The position numbers and the translations under genes are program-made. Below the pieces are notes generated by a model. That model did not search any database. It was not told where the DNA came from and was given only the letters and a program-made list of their open reading frames with translations. Positions 1 through 9,750 of a stretch of DNA of 64,000 nucleotides are shown here, piece after piece (the first letter of the stretch is position 1; the number at the start of each line of letters is the position of its first letter). Source of the stretch: an uncultured Verrucomicrobiae bacterium (GTDB lineage: Bacteria; Verrucomicrobiota; Verrucomicrobiia; Limisphaerales; Palsa-1400); NCBI GenBank assembly GCA_963764165.1, contig CAVXRD010000002.1, forward strand, positions 2,272,001 to 2,336,000, read 5' to 3'.

Positions 1-279
1 ATTCGGTCCGAAATAAAACTTCCGGCCAAAGGTGGTGTCACGCGGCAAACCGGTGAGTTCAGTGGTGTCGATGGGAAGATTTGTGCTGTTGAAGCCGGCT
101 ATCTCCGGCAGCGAAACGCAGTGGGTGGTGGCTGGCTTGCCGTTTTCGTCGCGCAAAACGCCGTCCACCACCTTGACGCCGGGGGCGCCCACATGCATTC
201 GGTGGCCTTTGAGGTAGAATCCCGTCGCGGCCGTCATTCCCAAGGCCAGCGCCAGCACCGCCAATGAACGCGTCTTCAT
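1..279 (-). CDS. Exosortase-associated EpsI-family protein, N-terminal part (runs off window start)
   Basis: My translation from the ATG at 279 gives MKTRSLAVLALALGMTAATGFYL...LPRDTTFGRKFYFGPN, open to the window edge. It has an N-terminal anchor and an ATGA overlap with the exosortase stop, the usual xrt-epsI arrangement. Confidence 0.7.
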   Translation of the reverse strand, partial: MKTRSLAVLALALGMTAATGFYLKGHRMHVGAPGVKVVDGVLRDENGKPATTHCVSLPEIAGFNSTNLPIDTTELTGLPRDTTFGRKFYFGPN

Positions 280-1247
280 GCCGGGGACTGAGCTGGCTGC
301 CGATCTTCCCGCAACAAGCGGGCCAGGCCCATGAGGGAAACAATCGCCACCGCGTAGGTTACGAAACCAAACCAATCATGCACCCATATCCCGCGCTCCT
401 GGCCAAACACCCGGGCCACCAGAACCACCACCGAGAGCCGGAAAATGTTGCAGAAGATCACCAGCGGCACTGTGGCGGCCAGCATGACGGCTCGTTTCCA
501 AATTCTTTTAAAACTCATCATGGCAAAAATCGTGGTGATGGCCAGGAGCGCCACAAAACTCCTGAGTCCGCTGCAGGCAGCCACGACATCATAGCGGAAT
601 TTTCCGTCCGCGTCGCGCAGTTCGGTTCCGTGTTGAATGAGATTGATATCCAGCAAACCACGGCAAATGGCGCGCGTCATCGTGACCGACAGCATTCGCA
701 TCTGCAGCGTCAATGAATCCGTGAGGTTTCCCAACGGCATGCAAAAGGCAAAAAGCACCATGGGAAAGGTGCTCAGCCACATCGTGCGCCAGCCCCACGT
801 CACACCGATGAAACCGTAAATTCCCAGAACGAGCCCAATCAAAGAAACCCGCTGTTGCTGGCCGAGATAGCCAATGGCATGGACAGCCAGGGCCAGCGCG
901 ACCACGATGAGGCCGGGCGGCCAAACGCCCGAAAGGGAAGGCATCAATTCGCGCCGTTTCGCCCAAAATATAGCGGCGACTACCCACGGGATTAATTTGC
1001 CGTGCTCGCAATCCATGGCCTCCGTGTTCCAACTATTATAGAGCCATTCGAACAGGGAGGGCCGCGTCGTTCCGAAATTGAAGGAACTGATGCCCACATA
1101 TTGAAACAAAACAACCCAGCCAGCGAGGCAAAGCAGGAAAAGCTGCTTCTCAGGAATTCTTTTCCAGTATTCCTGGAACTCCTCCCAAAAGGACGGCTGG
1201 GGTGCGGTCGGGGGCGAAACAGGCACCGATTGATCAACTGCATCCAT
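276..1247 (-). CDS. Exosortase/archaeosortase-family transpeptidase
   Basis: Multi-TM protein with Cys (VVAACSGLRS), Arg (CNIFRL) and His (WVHDW) triad motifs. Likely start ATG 1247; the ORF track extends to 1289. Confidence 0.9.
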   Translation of the reverse strand: MDAVDQSVPVSPPTAPQPSFWEEFQEYWKRIPEKQLFLLCLAGWVVLFQYVGISSFNFGTTRPSLFEWLYNSWNTEAMDCEHGKLIPWVVAAIFWAKRRELMPSLSGVWPPGLIVVALALAVHAIGYLGQQQRVSLIGLVLGIYGFIGVTWGWRTMWLSTFPMVLFAFCMPLGNLTDSLTLQMRMLSVTMTRAICRGLLDINLIQHGTELRDADGKFRYDVVAACSGLRSFVALLAITTIFAMMSFKRIWKRAVMLAATVPLVIFCNIFRLSVVVLVARVFGQERGIWVHDWFGFVTYAVAIVSLMGLARLLREDRQPAQSPA

Positions 1248-1346
1248 GAAAAGCCAGCATATACAAACCCCGCTTTCCGCGCAAACCAAACTTAGGCCAA
1301 AGAATCACATCGGGGCAGATCAATAGCCATTTCCTGTATTTTGTTT

Positions 1347-1377
1347 ATCTGGGTTCATCTGTGTCCGTCTGCGGCTT
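1347..1377. repeat. Half copy of the CACAGAT 10-bp-periodic repeat
   Basis: ATCTGGGTTCATCTGTGTCCGTCTGCGGCTT resembles the right arm at 2126-2159. Confidence 0.6.
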
Positions 1378-1426
1378 CGCTGGCCCGCGCGATTGACTTT
1401 ACGGCGGCGGCAGCCAAATTCTCCTC

Positions 1427-2002
1427 ATGCTGAAACGAGTGGCAGGGACTGTGGCGATCTTGATCGTGATTTTCGCGCTTGGGCTGATTTTTGGCATGGT
1501 GGGCTATCGTTTCTTCGGGCCGCCCGGCCCTGGCTACAGCGGGCCCGCCTTGCTGTCCAAGGTGGAGACGCTGTCGCAATTCGTGACCGTTAAGTATTCA
1601 TTGGAAAAAGTGGTGGAATTCGATGACGCGAAATGGTACGGCGACAGCCGGGTCCTTCTGGTCGCCCACGGCGTGGTGAAAGCCGGCATTGATTTCAGCC
1701 AGATGGCTCCCGGCGACATTCAGATTTCCGGCCGGAAAATCACGATGGCGCTTCCCCGCTCCCGCATCACCGACACATACCTCGACGACCACAAAACGCA
1801 GATCATCGACCATTCGACAGGGGCCTTTCGGCTGTTTGACAAGGATTTGGAGCAGTCCGCCCGGCAGCGCGCGGTGGATGAGCTGCGCCTGGCCGCCTCG
1901 CAAAACGGCATTCTGAACGATGCCTCAGAAAAAGGCCGCACCCAGTTGACGGTTCTGCTGTATCAACTTGGCTTTACGGACATCCATTTGAAATCGAAGT
2001 AA
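1427..2002 (+). CDS. DUF4230-like membrane-anchored protein
   Basis: N-terminal TM, 'LLVAHGVVKAGIDFS' and 'GILNDA' segments typical of the family. Confidence 0.75.
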   Translation: MLKRVAGTVAILIVIFALGLIFGMVGYRFFGPPGPGYSGPALLSKVETLSQFVTVKYSLEKVVEFDDAKWYGDSRVLLVAHGVVKAGIDFSQMAPGDIQISGRKITMALPRSRITDTYLDDHKTQIIDHSTGAFRLFDKDLEQSARQRAVDELRLAASQNGILNDASEKGRTQLTVLLYQLGFTDIHLKSK

Positions 2003-2007
2003 GGCCG

Positions 2008-2159
2008 GGGAAGCCACAGATTAACACAGATCAACACAGATAATTTCCCTTGGCGCAAGCCAGGGCGCTGGTCGCACCATGATTTATTCGGATCGGTGGC
2101 CGTCAACCGAACTGTTCCTCAGAAAATCTGTGTTGATCTGTGTCCATCTGTGGCTTCCC
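2008..2159. repeat. Palindromic intergenic element with 34-bp arms (CACAGAT 10-mers)
   Basis: 2008-2041 GGGAAGCCACAGATTAACACAGATCAACACAGAT is the inverse of 2126-2159, with 2 mismatches. Confidence 0.9.
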
Positions 2160-2224
2160 TGCTTTTTTAACTTTACAGAAATCCTTGGCAGTGCTGGCGG
2201 GTTTTGGTTAGCTGGGCGCTCTTG

Positions 2225-4540
2225 ATGAGACGCCTTTGGCTCCTGATATTGATCCCGCTCTGGCTGGCAGGCGTATTTGCCTGTCAAGCGCAACAGGCAG
2301 CCCAGAGCAACCAATGGTACATCAACGGCTCAAGCCAGCGAAGCTGGACCCAATTCGGCAACGGCACCAATTATTCATACAACGGCGGCACTGCCAGCAA
2401 CGCGAACGCGATGGTCATCTTCGATCAGGCCACCCAGACAGAATCGGACGGCGTGGTCGACTTTGAGGGCGATGTCACGATTCTTGATCACGGCCATATC
2501 TGGCGCGGCACAAATTTTATTTACAACGGCAAGACCGGCGAAGTCCGCGCCGGGCGGTTCAAGACCTTTCAGGCGCCCTTTGCGGTCAACGGGCAAAAAA
2601 TGGGCGGCCTCAGCAACAAGCTGGAAATCATCACCAACGCAGCCATTTCCACCGACGATTACCTAAAGCCGCTCTATACCATTCGCGCTGCCACGGTGAC
2701 AATTGCGCCGGGCGATTACATCGAGGCCCATCACGCGACGCTCTACCTCGGCAAGCATGCGATTTTTTATTGGCCGTATTATCATCGGAGCTTGAAGGAC
2801 CACCCGAATAATTTTGAATTTACGCCCGGTGAGCGCGGGCAGTTCGGGCCGTTTCTGTTGAGCGCTTACAATTGGTATGGCACCAATGGGCTCGGCCTGG
2901 GATTTGTGGATGGCACTCTTCATCTCGACGAGCGCGAGCGGCGCGGCCTGGCTGGCGGCCCGGACTTGGCCATCCACCTGGGCGACTGGGGTAACGTCGC
3001 GTTTCGCTATTACTACGCGCACGATATCGACCCGGAGGCAAGCGGCTATCAGGCGCCGCACCTGGGCGAAAACCGGCAGCGCGGGCAGCTTTTCTATGAT
3101 TACTACAACCGCTCCAACTCGGATGCGGTGGCCAATGTCAAGGTTGTGGGCAATTACCAAAGCGACCCCCTCGTCATCCAGGACTTTTTCGTTAATGAGT
3201 ACTCAAAAAACGTCGAGCCGGCCTCGTTCGTAGAGGGCACTGAGCTTTACCACAACTGGGTGCTCGATGCCGTCGGCCAGCCGCGGGTGGTGAATTTCTT
3301 TGAAACCGTCGAGCGCCTGCCGGATGTGAAACTGACTGGCCTGCGGCAGGAACTTGGCAGCACCCCGGTTTATTACGACAGCGAGACTTCAGCGGGTTAT
3401 TTCCAGCGCGCCTTTTCGGAAACCAACGTGCCAGCCTATTTCACCAACTACTCCCCGCTGCCTTACGGAGGCTATGACGCCACAGCTTATCGCACGGGGG
3501 GCTATCCCAATTACTCCGCCGGCCGCGCCGACACATTTCAGCAGCTCACACTGCCGGAAAACTTTTTCGGCTGGCTCAACGTCGCGCCGCGAGTCGGCGG
3601 GCGGGCGACCTATTACAGCGACGTCTCCGGCCCCGAAACCCGCACCAACCAGCAAGGCCGCGGCATTTTCAACACCGGCATGGATGTATCCTTTAAAGCC
3701 TCGCGCGTTTTTCCCGGCGCCGAGAGCGACCTGCTCGACGTCCATGGCTTGCGCCACATTATCGAGCCGGATTTCAATTACGCCTACATCCCGACGGCGT
3801 CCCAGCACGTTCCGTTGTTCGATTATGAATCGCCATCGCTGCGCCTGCAGCCCCTTGATTTTCCCGACTACAATTCCATTGACTCGATCCAGGCGGAAAA
3901 CGTGGTGCGCCTCATGTTGCGCAACAAATGGCAAACCAAGCGGCGCGGGCAGATTCAGGATGTCCTCAATGTGGCGCTGTATACTGATTTGAATCTCCTG
4001 CGCGGCACCAACAGCCAGTTTTCCGACGTGTACACCGACGTTGATTTTCGACCGCGCTCATGGATCACATTCAATTCCTCCACGCGCTATGATCTGGCCG
4101 ACGGGCGGTGGCGCCAGGCCATCGAGCGCATGTTCATCCAGCCCACGACCCACGCCAGCGTTTCCCTGGGCTACTACTATCTGATGAATAACGATCCGGA
4201 ATTCCTAACCTATCCGGGACAAACTCTGGCTGGCAGCAGCCTGATCGATTTTAGCCTTTACTACCGGCTCGACGAGAATTGGGGCGTCCACTTTGCGGAG
4301 CGATTCGACGCGGATGCCAAAACCCTCCAGGAACAAGTTTACTCGCTCTACCGCGATTTGCGAAGCTGGACCGCGGCCTTCACCGTTCGCGTTGACCGGA
4401 GCGTGGGGCAGCCGGCCGACGTGACCATCGGTGTGACGTTCTCGCTCAAAGCCTTCCCGCGCTTCAAGCTGAATTCGGATAACGACCGGCCCGGTGGGGA
4501 CCTCGGCAGCATTTCTTCTCCAAGTTTGCTGGACAATTGA
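2225..4540 (+). CDS. lptD: LPS-assembly outer-membrane protein LptD family
   Basis: Signal peptide, OstA-like N-terminal region, long beta-barrel-like region with 'GLRHIIEPDFNYAY' and 'LRNKWQTKR', about 770 aa. Confidence 0.8.
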   Translation: MRRLWLLILIPLWLAGVFACQAQQAAQSNQWYINGSSQRSWTQFGNGTNYSYNGGTASNANAMVIFDQATQTESDGVVDFEGDVTILDHGHIWRGTNFIYNGKTGEVRAGRFKTFQAPFAVNGQKMGGLSNKLEIITNAAISTDDYLKPLYTIRAATVTIAPGDYIEAHHATLYLGKHAIFYWPYYHRSLKDHPNNFEFTPGERGQFGPFLLSAYNWYGTNGLGLGFVDGTLHLDERERRGLAGGPDLAIHLGDWGNVAFRYYYAHDIDPEASGYQAPHLGENRQRGQLFYDYYNRSNSDAVANVKVVGNYQSDPLVIQDFFVNEYSKNVEPASFVEGTELYHNWVLDAVGQPRVVNFFETVERLPDVKLTGLRQELGSTPVYYDSETSAGYFQRAFSETNVPAYFTNYSPLPYGGYDATAYRTGGYPNYSAGRADTFQQLTLPENFFGWLNVAPRVGGRATYYSDVSGPETRTNQQGRGIFNTGMDVSFKASRVFPGAESDLLDVHGLRHIIEPDFNYAYIPTASQHVPLFDYESPSLRLQPLDFPDYNSIDSIQAENVVRLMLRNKWQTKRRGQIQDVLNVALYTDLNLLRGTNSQFSDVYTDVDFRPRSWITFNSSTRYDLADGRWRQAIERMFIQPTTHASVSLGYYYLMNNDPEFLTYPGQTLAGSSLIDFSLYYRLDENWGVHFAERFDADAKTLQEQVYSLYRDLRSWTAAFTVRVDRSVGQPADVTIGVTFSLKAFPRFKLNSDNDRPGGDLGSISSPSLLDN

Positions 4541-4544
4541 AGTG

Positions 4545-6695
4545 TCACGGCTTGGAATCCTGCGCCGCTTCCGCGAGGCGCTTTTGCAATTCCCGGTGGT
4601 CGGTCTTGCCGGTGCCTAATTTCGGGATGTCACGCATATATTTGACTTCGCGCGGGACAGAGAGATTGCTCAAGCCTTTGGCCTTCACGGCGGCCCGAAC
4701 CTCCTCGGGCGTCAGCTTCTGCTCGTTCGAGACGACGATGAGCGCCTCGCCGCGATCCGCATCCGGCCTCGTGACGACGGCGGCCTGGAAGCGAATGCCG
4801 TATTGCGGAAACGCGTTGGCCATCGCTTCCTCCACCGCCGTCAAGCTCACCATTTCCCCGCTGATTTTCGCGAAGCGTTTCAATCGTCCGAGAATAAAGA
4901 GAAAACCATCTTCATCCACTTTCGCGATGTCCCCGGTGTCATACCAGCCGCCCTGCGCCTGGAATTTCGCGTTGGGTTCGGCGTTTAAGTAACCGCGCAT
5001 GATGTTCGGGCCGCGCACCCAAAGGCGCCCGCCCTCCGGCACGCCTTCGACGGGTTCGAATTTGTATTCGATGCGCGGCATGAATTTGCCGACGGAACCG
5101 AAACGGGGCTCGCGCCAGGTGTTGAGCGTGATCACCGGGCTGCATTCCGTCGCGCCATAACCTTCAAACACACGGGAGCCAAACCGCCGCGCCCACGCGT
5201 TGGCCGTGTTTTCCTGCAATTTCTCCGCGCCTGACACCAGCACGCGCAGGCTGCGAAAATCATACGGATCCGCCTTGCGCGCGTAGCCGTTGAGAAACGT
5301 GTTGGTGCCAAAGAATACGGTGCAATCCAAGTCGTAAAGCACGGAGGGGATGACGCGGTAATGCAGCGGCGAGGGGTAAAGGAAAACATACATGCCGCGC
5401 ACCAGCGGCACGAGGAGGCCCATCAGCCCGAAACTGTGGAACAACGGAAGCGCATTGAAGACGCGGTCCGTGTCCATGAAATCGTGGGTGGCCAGCATTT
5501 GCTGAACGTTCGCCAGGATATTTCCGTGGCTCAGCTCGACTCCCTTGGGCGGGCCTTCCGATCCACTGGTGAAAAGTATGACAGCCGGGTCCTGGCGGCG
5601 CTGTGGCCCGGCGATTGACTCGGGATCGAACGCCGCGCGGGCCAGCGCCCCCATCTGAATCTCCTTCGGAATTCCGCAGCGGACATCCTCGAGAAAAATG
5701 AATTGAAGGCCCGCATCCATCATGGGCTGCACGTTCAGCCTGGCCCGCTCGAGGAAAAGGCGCGAGGTGATAATTTGTTTGACTCCAGCAAGCTGCGCGC
5801 AGGCCAGCATGGTGGGAATGCCGGTGGAGAAGTTGAAGATGGCCGGCACCGCGCCCGCCTTCCACAAACTCAAGACCGTGACCGGCACCGCGTTGGCATT
5901 AGGAAGCAAAACGCCCACGCGCTGGCCCACCCCTTCTGTCAATAATGTTTCCCATCTTGAAGCCAGCGCCAGCGTTCCCGCCAGCAGGCGGCGATACGTC
6001 AATTTCGTCCGCGAAACATCCTGAAGGGCGCCGAAGGATGGCTTTCTCCGCGCGGTGGCGGCGATGGCCTCGGAAACATTTTGCGGCGCGAAAGCCATCT
6101 CAACGTCGAAATGCTGCCGCACCATCGCATCGGACAGCCAGCGGGTGATCCGCTGCCGCGAGCGCACCATGCTTAGCCCTTCAAATCTCGGCGGCGTCAT
6201 CACCTCGCTAAAATGCGCGGTGACGCTCGGAAAAAGCTGGCGTTGATTTGGATTGGGTGAAAATGGAATTTTTTCGATGCCGCGCAAATAGCAGGTAATC
6301 AATTTCGCGTTCGACTTCAACAACAGGAATCCCGTGCCGTCGAAAAGTTTCATCAGCGATCCGGTGCGCGACAGCCGGCCTTCTGGAAACAGCACTAATT
6401 TCCCGCCCCCTTGCAAATACTCCGCGATGCGTTTGAGGGCGTAAGGCGAGTCCGTCTCCACAGGATAGGTGTAGCGGTTTACCATGATGAACCGGTGAAT
6501 AGGGCTGACCCGCGCGCCTTCCTTCGAAGTGACAAAGCGCCAGCTCGAATCAAGGCACACCAGCACAAACAGCCAATCGATCCACGACGCATGATTCGGC
6601 AGCAGCATGACCGGCCCGGGGGCCTTCAAGACTTCCACATTCTCCGCGCGAAATCGAAAGAGCACACGGAGCAGATATCGAAAAAAAATTTTCAT
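4545..6695 (-). CDS. aas: Bifunctional 2-acyl-GPE acyltransferase / acyl-ACP synthetase
   Basis: PlsC motifs NHASWID and FPEG, AMP-binding FTSGSEGPPKG, YGATE and TGD. Start ATG 6695 overlaps the lnt stop (ATGA). Confidence 0.92.
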   Translation of the reverse strand: MKIFFRYLLRVLFRFRAENVEVLKAPGPVMLLPNHASWIDWLFVLVCLDSSWRFVTSKEGARVSPIHRFIMVNRYTYPVETDSPYALKRIAEYLQGGGKLVLFPEGRLSRTGSLMKLFDGTGFLLLKSNAKLITCYLRGIEKIPFSPNPNQRQLFPSVTAHFSEVMTPPRFEGLSMVRSRQRITRWLSDAMVRQHFDVEMAFAPQNVSEAIAATARRKPSFGALQDVSRTKLTYRRLLAGTLALASRWETLLTEGVGQRVGVLLPNANAVPVTVLSLWKAGAVPAIFNFSTGIPTMLACAQLAGVKQIITSRLFLERARLNVQPMMDAGLQFIFLEDVRCGIPKEIQMGALARAAFDPESIAGPQRRQDPAVILFTSGSEGPPKGVELSHGNILANVQQMLATHDFMDTDRVFNALPLFHSFGLMGLLVPLVRGMYVFLYPSPLHYRVIPSVLYDLDCTVFFGTNTFLNGYARKADPYDFRSLRVLVSGAEKLQENTANAWARRFGSRVFEGYGATECSPVITLNTWREPRFGSVGKFMPRIEYKFEPVEGVPEGGRLWVRGPNIMRGYLNAEPNAKFQAQGGWYDTGDIAKVDEDGFLFILGRLKRFAKISGEMVSLTAVEEAMANAFPQYGIRFQAAVVTRPDADRGEALIVVSNEQKLTPEEVRAAVKAKGLSNLSVPREVKYMRDIPKLGTGKTDHRELQKRLAEAAQDSKP

Positions 6696-8095
6696 CGACG
6701 CTTTTGCAATCCAATGATGGGTTCCAAAATCAAAAAGAGCAGCAATGCCCCCGCTATCGCCACCGCCATTTGCGCAAGGGGCCGATCCACTGGCATCCGC
6801 CCGCCGCCGGCCAGTTTCATTTGCGCGGCGAGCATTTTTCCCTGGCCGCCGAACGGCGCGCTGGCGAGGACGCGGCCATCGCGACCGATAAATTGCGAGA
6901 TGCCTGAGCTGCACAGGCGAAAGAACGGCAGGCCGTATTCCGCCGCCCTCATTGGCGCGATGCGCGCGTGCAATTTGTGCTGTGCTTCGCCCCATTCGGT
7001 CACGTCCATCGTCGGAAATATAAGCGCCTGCGCGCCGAGGCGCTCCAATTCATCCGTCACGCGCGTGTAGCTGGCGTCGTAACAAATTCCAAAACCCAAT
7101 TTGCCCCACGGCGAATTCCAGACGCGCTGCTCGCTGGCCGGCTGGCCGTCGTTTAGAAATTGCACCGGGACGCATTTGCCCTGCTGAAAGACGACGCTGC
7201 CATCGGGGCCAATGACAAAAACGGTGTTGTAAAACGCTTTCTCGCCTTTGATGGGATCCTCCCCGCCAACGGCCAGGTATTTTTTATGCTGTTGACACCA
7301 TTGGTTGATTTCTTTTGGAACTGGGCCTTCAAAAGTGAGCTCGCTCAGGACGAATAAATCGGTGTCGGGGTGATTTTTCAGCAGTGAATCAAGGCCGCGC
7401 AAAACTTGCGGAGCGGACGATCCTTCCAGTTGCATGCCCGCGAGATTGACATGCCCCTGGTCGGCGGATACGAAAGGCGCGAGGCAAAATGGGAGAGCCG
7501 AGAGCAGGCCAAGCAGCACGCCAAAAGTGATTCCAGCCGCTCGTGACAGCAATCTCGCCGTCGAGAAATACGCCACCCAGCCCATCAGAAGAAAACCGAT
7601 TCCATAAGTCCCGAAGCCAGCGGCATATGGCAAAAAGGGAGATTCGGAAAAAGCGTACCCCGGGCTCAGCCATGAAAAACGCAAATAGTAAAGTTCGCTG
7701 CGGAAATATTCCAATCCCGTCCAGGTGAACGGCGCGAGCAGAGCCCAGATTTTCGGCCCCAGCCGGACTTGGCAGGCGCGCCCAAGAAAAATGAAAAGCG
7801 CCAGCCAGAACGAAAGCACACACCAAAGCGCGACCGCCGCCGCCCCAAAAAGAGTCCAAAAGAAAGCCAGCCTTGGCGCATAGCAAGCGAGGCCCACGAG
7901 CATGCCAATCCAGATCGCCCTCCGAGCGCTGCGGAGTTTGCAAAGTTGGAAAACGCAACAGAGAAACACCACCATCAACCACGACAGCACCGGAAACTGA
8001 TAGGCGAGATGAAATGACGCCACGCCGGCCAGCGCAAGCGTCAACGCGCGCGGGCGGGTCAGTGCTTCAATGGGTCGTGGTTGATTTGTATTCAA
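6692..8095 (-). CDS. lnt: Apolipoprotein N-acyltransferase
   Basis: N-terminal TM bundle with 'WTGLEYFRSE' and a nitrilase domain carrying E (LSE), K (QGKCVP) and C (GICYD). Confidence 0.8.
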   Translation of the reverse strand: MNTNQPRPIEALTRPRALTLALAGVASFHLAYQFPVLSWLMVVFLCCVFQLCKLRSARRAIWIGMLVGLACYAPRLAFFWTLFGAAAVALWCVLSFWLALFIFLGRACQVRLGPKIWALLAPFTWTGLEYFRSELYYLRFSWLSPGYAFSESPFLPYAAGFGTYGIGFLLMGWVAYFSTARLLSRAAGITFGVLLGLLSALPFCLAPFVSADQGHVNLAGMQLEGSSAPQVLRGLDSLLKNHPDTDLFVLSELTFEGPVPKEINQWCQQHKKYLAVGGEDPIKGEKAFYNTVFVIGPDGSVVFQQGKCVPVQFLNDGQPASEQRVWNSPWGKLGFGICYDASYTRVTDELERLGAQALIFPTMDVTEWGEAQHKLHARIAPMRAAEYGLPFFRLCSSGISQFIGRDGRVLASAPFGGQGKMLAAQMKLAGGGRMPVDRPLAQMAVAIAGALLLFLILEPIIGLQKRR

Positions 8096-9344
8096 CGAGT
8101 TTTTTTCCCGGAATTTTCAAAAAGAATGTCACTACGGCAACGAATGCCGCCAGCACCAGCAGAAGTTCAGAAGGATTGAAACCTTTCTTGACGTTCAAGT
8201 ATGCGATGACACTGCCGCCGAGCATGGCGAGATTTTCAAATCCGTTCTGCGTGGCAATGGTTTTGCCGAGCTTGTCCTTGTGCGATTCCGCCTGAAGTGC
8301 GGCATTGAGCGGGATTAGAAACAACCCTGCCATCAATCCTGTCAATAAAAGCATAGAGATGGCGATGGTTTTCGGATAGTCGAGGACATGGGTGGAAACC
8401 CAGCCGACGCAGCTCAGGCAGGCGACCCCACCGCTCAACAGCCAGCCGTAGCGGCGCGTGGCGCGGATGTCTCCGACGCGATAAAGCTGGCCTGCCAGCA
8501 CGCTGCCCGTCATCACGCCAAGGGCCAGCCACAAGCCGAGCAGGCTGATTTGTGTCATCGTTGTCAGGTGCAAAACCTGCTGGCCCCACGGCTCGAAATT
8601 CATTTTCAGCACCGCGCCGCACAGCCAGAAGAGCGACGTTCCCAGCAGCACCAGCGCCAGCCTCCGCTCCCCGACAAGCGCGCGCACATTGTGGAAAAAG
8701 GAGCTGGCGGTATCCGCAAATTTCACCTCGGGGTACGAGGGCGTGCGCGACATGAGTCCGTTCATTTCCAGCGAGAGCACGTAAACGCCAATCAGAATCA
8801 AGTAGCACACCGTCAGATTAAGGCGATCAAACGCGATCGCTCCCGCGATGTTCCCCGTGAGAATGGCCACGAGTGTCAATAATTCCACCATGCCGTTGGC
8901 TTTCACCAATTGTTCGAGCGGCATGATTTCCGGCAAAATTCCATACTTCGCGGGCGAATAAACGGCGGCGCCAATGCCGACGATAAAGTATCCAATGGCC
9001 AGCCAGTGAGAGCTTCCGCGCAGGCTGCCCATGGCCACGATTGTTCCGAGCACCTTTAATAAATTCCCACCCATCAGCCAGCGATTTTTGGAAAAGCGGT
9101 CGTTGAGGTAGCCGGTGAGCGGGGCGAGCAGGGGAAACGGAACCATCAAAAGGCTCGTATAAAATATATTGGCGACGCTTTGCTCCATCGCCGTAATTTT
9201 TCCGGCCGCGAACGCGACCAGCAGCGGGCCAAGAATCAGCATCAAGATGAAATTATCGCCGAAGGCGCTGAGAAACTGGCTGGCCAGCAGCAACGGATAA
9301 TTGCGGCGATTGGAAACAATGGCTCCCGTCCCGTTCACGCGCAT
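8067..9344 (-). CDS. lplT: Lysophospholipid transporter (MFS), LplT-like
   Basis: 'SQFLSAFGDN', 'YSPAKYGILPE', 'KANGMVE' and 'IPLNAALQ' motifs; linked to aas. Confidence 0.88.
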   Translation of the reverse strand: MRVNGTGAIVSNRRNYPLLLASQFLSAFGDNFILMLILGPLLVAFAAGKITAMEQSVANIFYTSLLMVPFPLLAPLTGYLNDRFSKNRWLMGGNLLKVLGTIVAMGSLRGSSHWLAIGYFIVGIGAAVYSPAKYGILPEIMPLEQLVKANGMVELLTLVAILTGNIAGAIAFDRLNLTVCYLILIGVYVLSLEMNGLMSRTPSYPEVKFADTASSFFHNVRALVGERRLALVLLGTSLFWLCGAVLKMNFEPWGQQVLHLTTMTQISLLGLWLALGVMTGSVLAGQLYRVGDIRATRRYGWLLSGGVACLSCVGWVSTHVLDYPKTIAISMLLLTGLMAGLFLIPLNAALQAESHKDKLGKTIATQNGFENLAMLGGSVIAYLNVKKGFNPSELLLVLAAFVAVVTFFLKIPGKKLVEYKSTTTH

Positions 9345-9394
9345 TGGTTACCGTGACTGAGGCCGCGTTGCGATAAAAAAATCGGGAGAGTTTT

Positions 9395-9464
9395 AACACA
9401 AGGACACAAAGTCCACGAAGGTGAAACCCTTTGGCTTTCTTTGCGTCCTTCGTGGCCTTCTGTT
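9395..9464. repeat. Imperfect palindromic intergenic repeat (ACGAAG/CTTCGT 9-mers)
   Basis: AACACAAGGACACAAAGTCCACGAAG...CTTTGCGTCCTTCGTGGCCTTCTGTT; a related half copy lies at 47361-47385. Confidence 0.55.
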
Positions 9465-9750
9465 GGTTCTCGTTTCATTGGCATCACTCCACGATAAAAA
9501 AGCGCATCGGAAATAAGGTGGATGAATGCCGCCGGGTGGACCGCGAAGTCGCGCCCGGTGAAAGGAAAGTCGCGCTAATTGCTTCCGGCGTGACGGATAA
9601 ATCGCGCCTCGCCCGTGTTCATCGTCTCAAGCTGCAATTCGTGTTCCCGCTTCTACATGGCTGTTAGATGAGACGAACTCATCGGTAGCAGCTCACGAAT
9701 AAATCGACTTAAAGATGGGGCGGGGAAAACCCGATTTCTGCGCCTCGCCG

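Noticed and set aside
9480..9700. Minus-strand fragment ending '...FIHLISDALFYRGVMP' resembling an RFYR tail
   Set aside because: Short, interrupted by stops and without a start; too weak to call.
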